Source: Callorhinchus milii (taxonomy: Eukaryota). From it: 64,000 nucleotides of DNA. Position numbers and translations under genes: made by a program. A model generated the notes under the pieces. That model had not been told where the DNA came from. It worked only from the letters and a program-made list of their open reading frames with translations, and made no database searches. This document shows, one piece after another, positions 62,311-64,000 of this stretch. The stretch lies in NCBI RefSeq assembly GCF_018977255.1, contig NW_024704742.1, positions 27,344,001-27,408,000 of the forward strand. The letters run 5' to 3'. Position 1 is the stretch's first letter. Every line of letters starts with the position of its first letter.

Positions 62311-64000
62311 ATTAAACTCCAGTTGTGAAGAGCAGCAAACTCAGCACAGTTTGGGATTAGGAACCTGTGACTTCTGGTCTGCTCAGATTCATGCTTGGCC
62401 ATGCAGGACCTGTACCCAGGACATCTTTGACAGAAGAAGAGATTTTTTTTTTTTAAAAAAAAGGATATTTAGCAGGATATATAAATAGGGCTGACCGTCC
62501 CACATTGCTGTACTGCTGGAAATTGTTAACAGGTATCCAGAGCTTTAAAATAAATATCTCATCTCGGTTTGGACCCCTGCAGGCAATTTGATTATTTTTA
62601 GGTAGATCTCTCGTGCATTACAATTGTGCTAATGTGGTGGCTGTCTTGTGGTAGCATTCCTGTGTGTGTCTTTAAAACTGTGCCACCAAATGAAGATGAT
62701 GTGGAAAAAAACTATTGGCAGGAATGCACAATTGCACTTTTGGCTTCTGCTCATCCATTTGGCTGTGACGTCGTGACATTGTTAACAATAGGAATAGAGA
62801 TTATTTATTCTTGTTTTGTGGAATCTTTATCCATCGTCAATCCCTTCCTGTGTTTGAGTGGAATAAAGTGCTGCCCCTTATAACGATTCTGCCAGATGCA
62901 CACTGGATGACTTTCATAGACGTGTGGAATAGCTGAGGTTTCAAACAAAATTTATGAATCTGACATTCAAAGAGATTTAGATGTGAAATAATTAAGACCA
63001 ACTTGACAGGTTAAAAACCATTGAAAAAAATTGCAGGTAGGATTTTCATGCAAATGGGATGGAAAACTACAAAGACAAATGACGAGGTGGCGATAACACA
63101 AGTGCAGAAGTAAAAGAATTTGCTGCGAGAGCATTGAATCATAGAATATTGACTGACTGAAAAGATCCAATCAATTTAATGATGTTATTTACAAAACTCA
63201 TCAAATATCAGATTATGCCTCAAAGGCATTTGACTTTCAGTTAAAAGAAGTTATTCAAACCTTGAATAGGTCACTGGTGAATGCCACAATTGGAATATTG
63301 AAATAAAATATGTGGTGTGCTTTAAACTAGAGCTGTGCTCAATTAATGTTGTTGGCAATTTAAGGAAAAGCATAAACATTACCATACAGAGTGCATCGTG
63401 CCGTGCAAAGGAGAGAGTGGGGGAGAAGAAGAGTAATAAGGATTAGTTTGAAGAGATAGGCTCAGTGCTGAACTTGTTTTTTTTAAAAAAAAGTAAATGG
63501 GACCGAAGGATGAGACGAACAAGGGAAGGAACACAACTCAAAATATTTGGAGAAGCATAGATGATATAGATGCAGGCTATTTGTCTTCTGTTCTGAGCAC
63601 AGAGAAGGTACAGATTCAACTTAGGAAAGCATTAAGTTAGACTTGACGTCCGAAGAATTGTTGTTTGGAGTTCTGGGTATGAGTGAATATCATATGTCTT
63701 CATATATGTCAATAGGGCAACATATGGAGTGATTTCTAGGAATGTTTAATCAGCATGGCACGCTGACCAAACTTCGCTCAGTTGGTACCACTTTCACCTC
63801 TGGGTCAGAAGCTTGTGAGCTTAAGTCCCAATTCAAACTCCCAGACGAGGCTGATTCCCTCAATTCGGCATCACATGTTTGAGGTGTTTACAACCGTTGG
63901 ACCTTCTACTTTGATTCTTTATTAATGAATTCTGTCAGAAATTTGCAAATTATTAGAACCCAGAGCTGGGAAACTAAGTTTCTCGGTTCAATTTTGGTGG

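Larger units (their letters stand above)
1726..64000 (+). other. Very long intron of the DIAPH gene (continues past the window end; may be split by the 41806 microexon)
   Basis: Starts at a GTAAGT donor. I could not find the expected next exon (...CLESLRVSLTSNPVSW) in the window. The sequence is repeat-rich and non-coding. Confidence 0.7.

Noticed and set aside
61961..62488. Longest ORF in the track (175 aa)
   Set aside because: It runs through the Penelope-like arm and its 20-bp tandem, and has no domain resemblance or exon signals.
1..64000. CRISPR arrays, operons, rRNA genes or an intact autonomous transposon
   Set aside because: No regularly spaced repeat-spacer array, rRNA-like sequence or long intact ORF is visible; all LINE pieces are 5'-truncated and disrupted.

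Overview
Eukaryotic vertebrate genomic DNA. The repeat landscape (CR1 and L2 LINE fragments, Deu-domain SINEs, a young tRNA-headed SINE with a (TTA)n tail) suggests a cartilaginous fish, possibly a chimaera; this taxon call is inference. Only one confident coding exon is visible: a 105-nt phase-0/phase-0 exon at 1621-1725 (+) encoding part of the GTPase-binding domain of a Diaphanous-related formin, closest to DIAPH3 as I recall it, with DIAPH2 not excluded. The rest of the window appears to be the following very long intron (over 62 kb, next constitutive exon not found). Nearly all ORF-track entries are retroelement fragments or chance ORFs. The best leads are: (1) a candidate 6-nt in-frame microexon or recursive splice site at 41806-41811; (2) a palindromic Penelope-like element carrying a minimal hammerhead-ribozyme motif at about 47536-47570 (-), with a sister copy near 62.2 kb; (3) strong CTCF-like motifs at 42.3 kb and 59.4 kb; (4) a SINE family that looks like a new tRNA-Ala head on an older Deu-SINE/L2 tail; (5) several unexplained duplications, MITE-like hairpins and an unclassified interspersed repeat. 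All coordinates were read by eye and repeat boundaries are approximate. No database searches were run.
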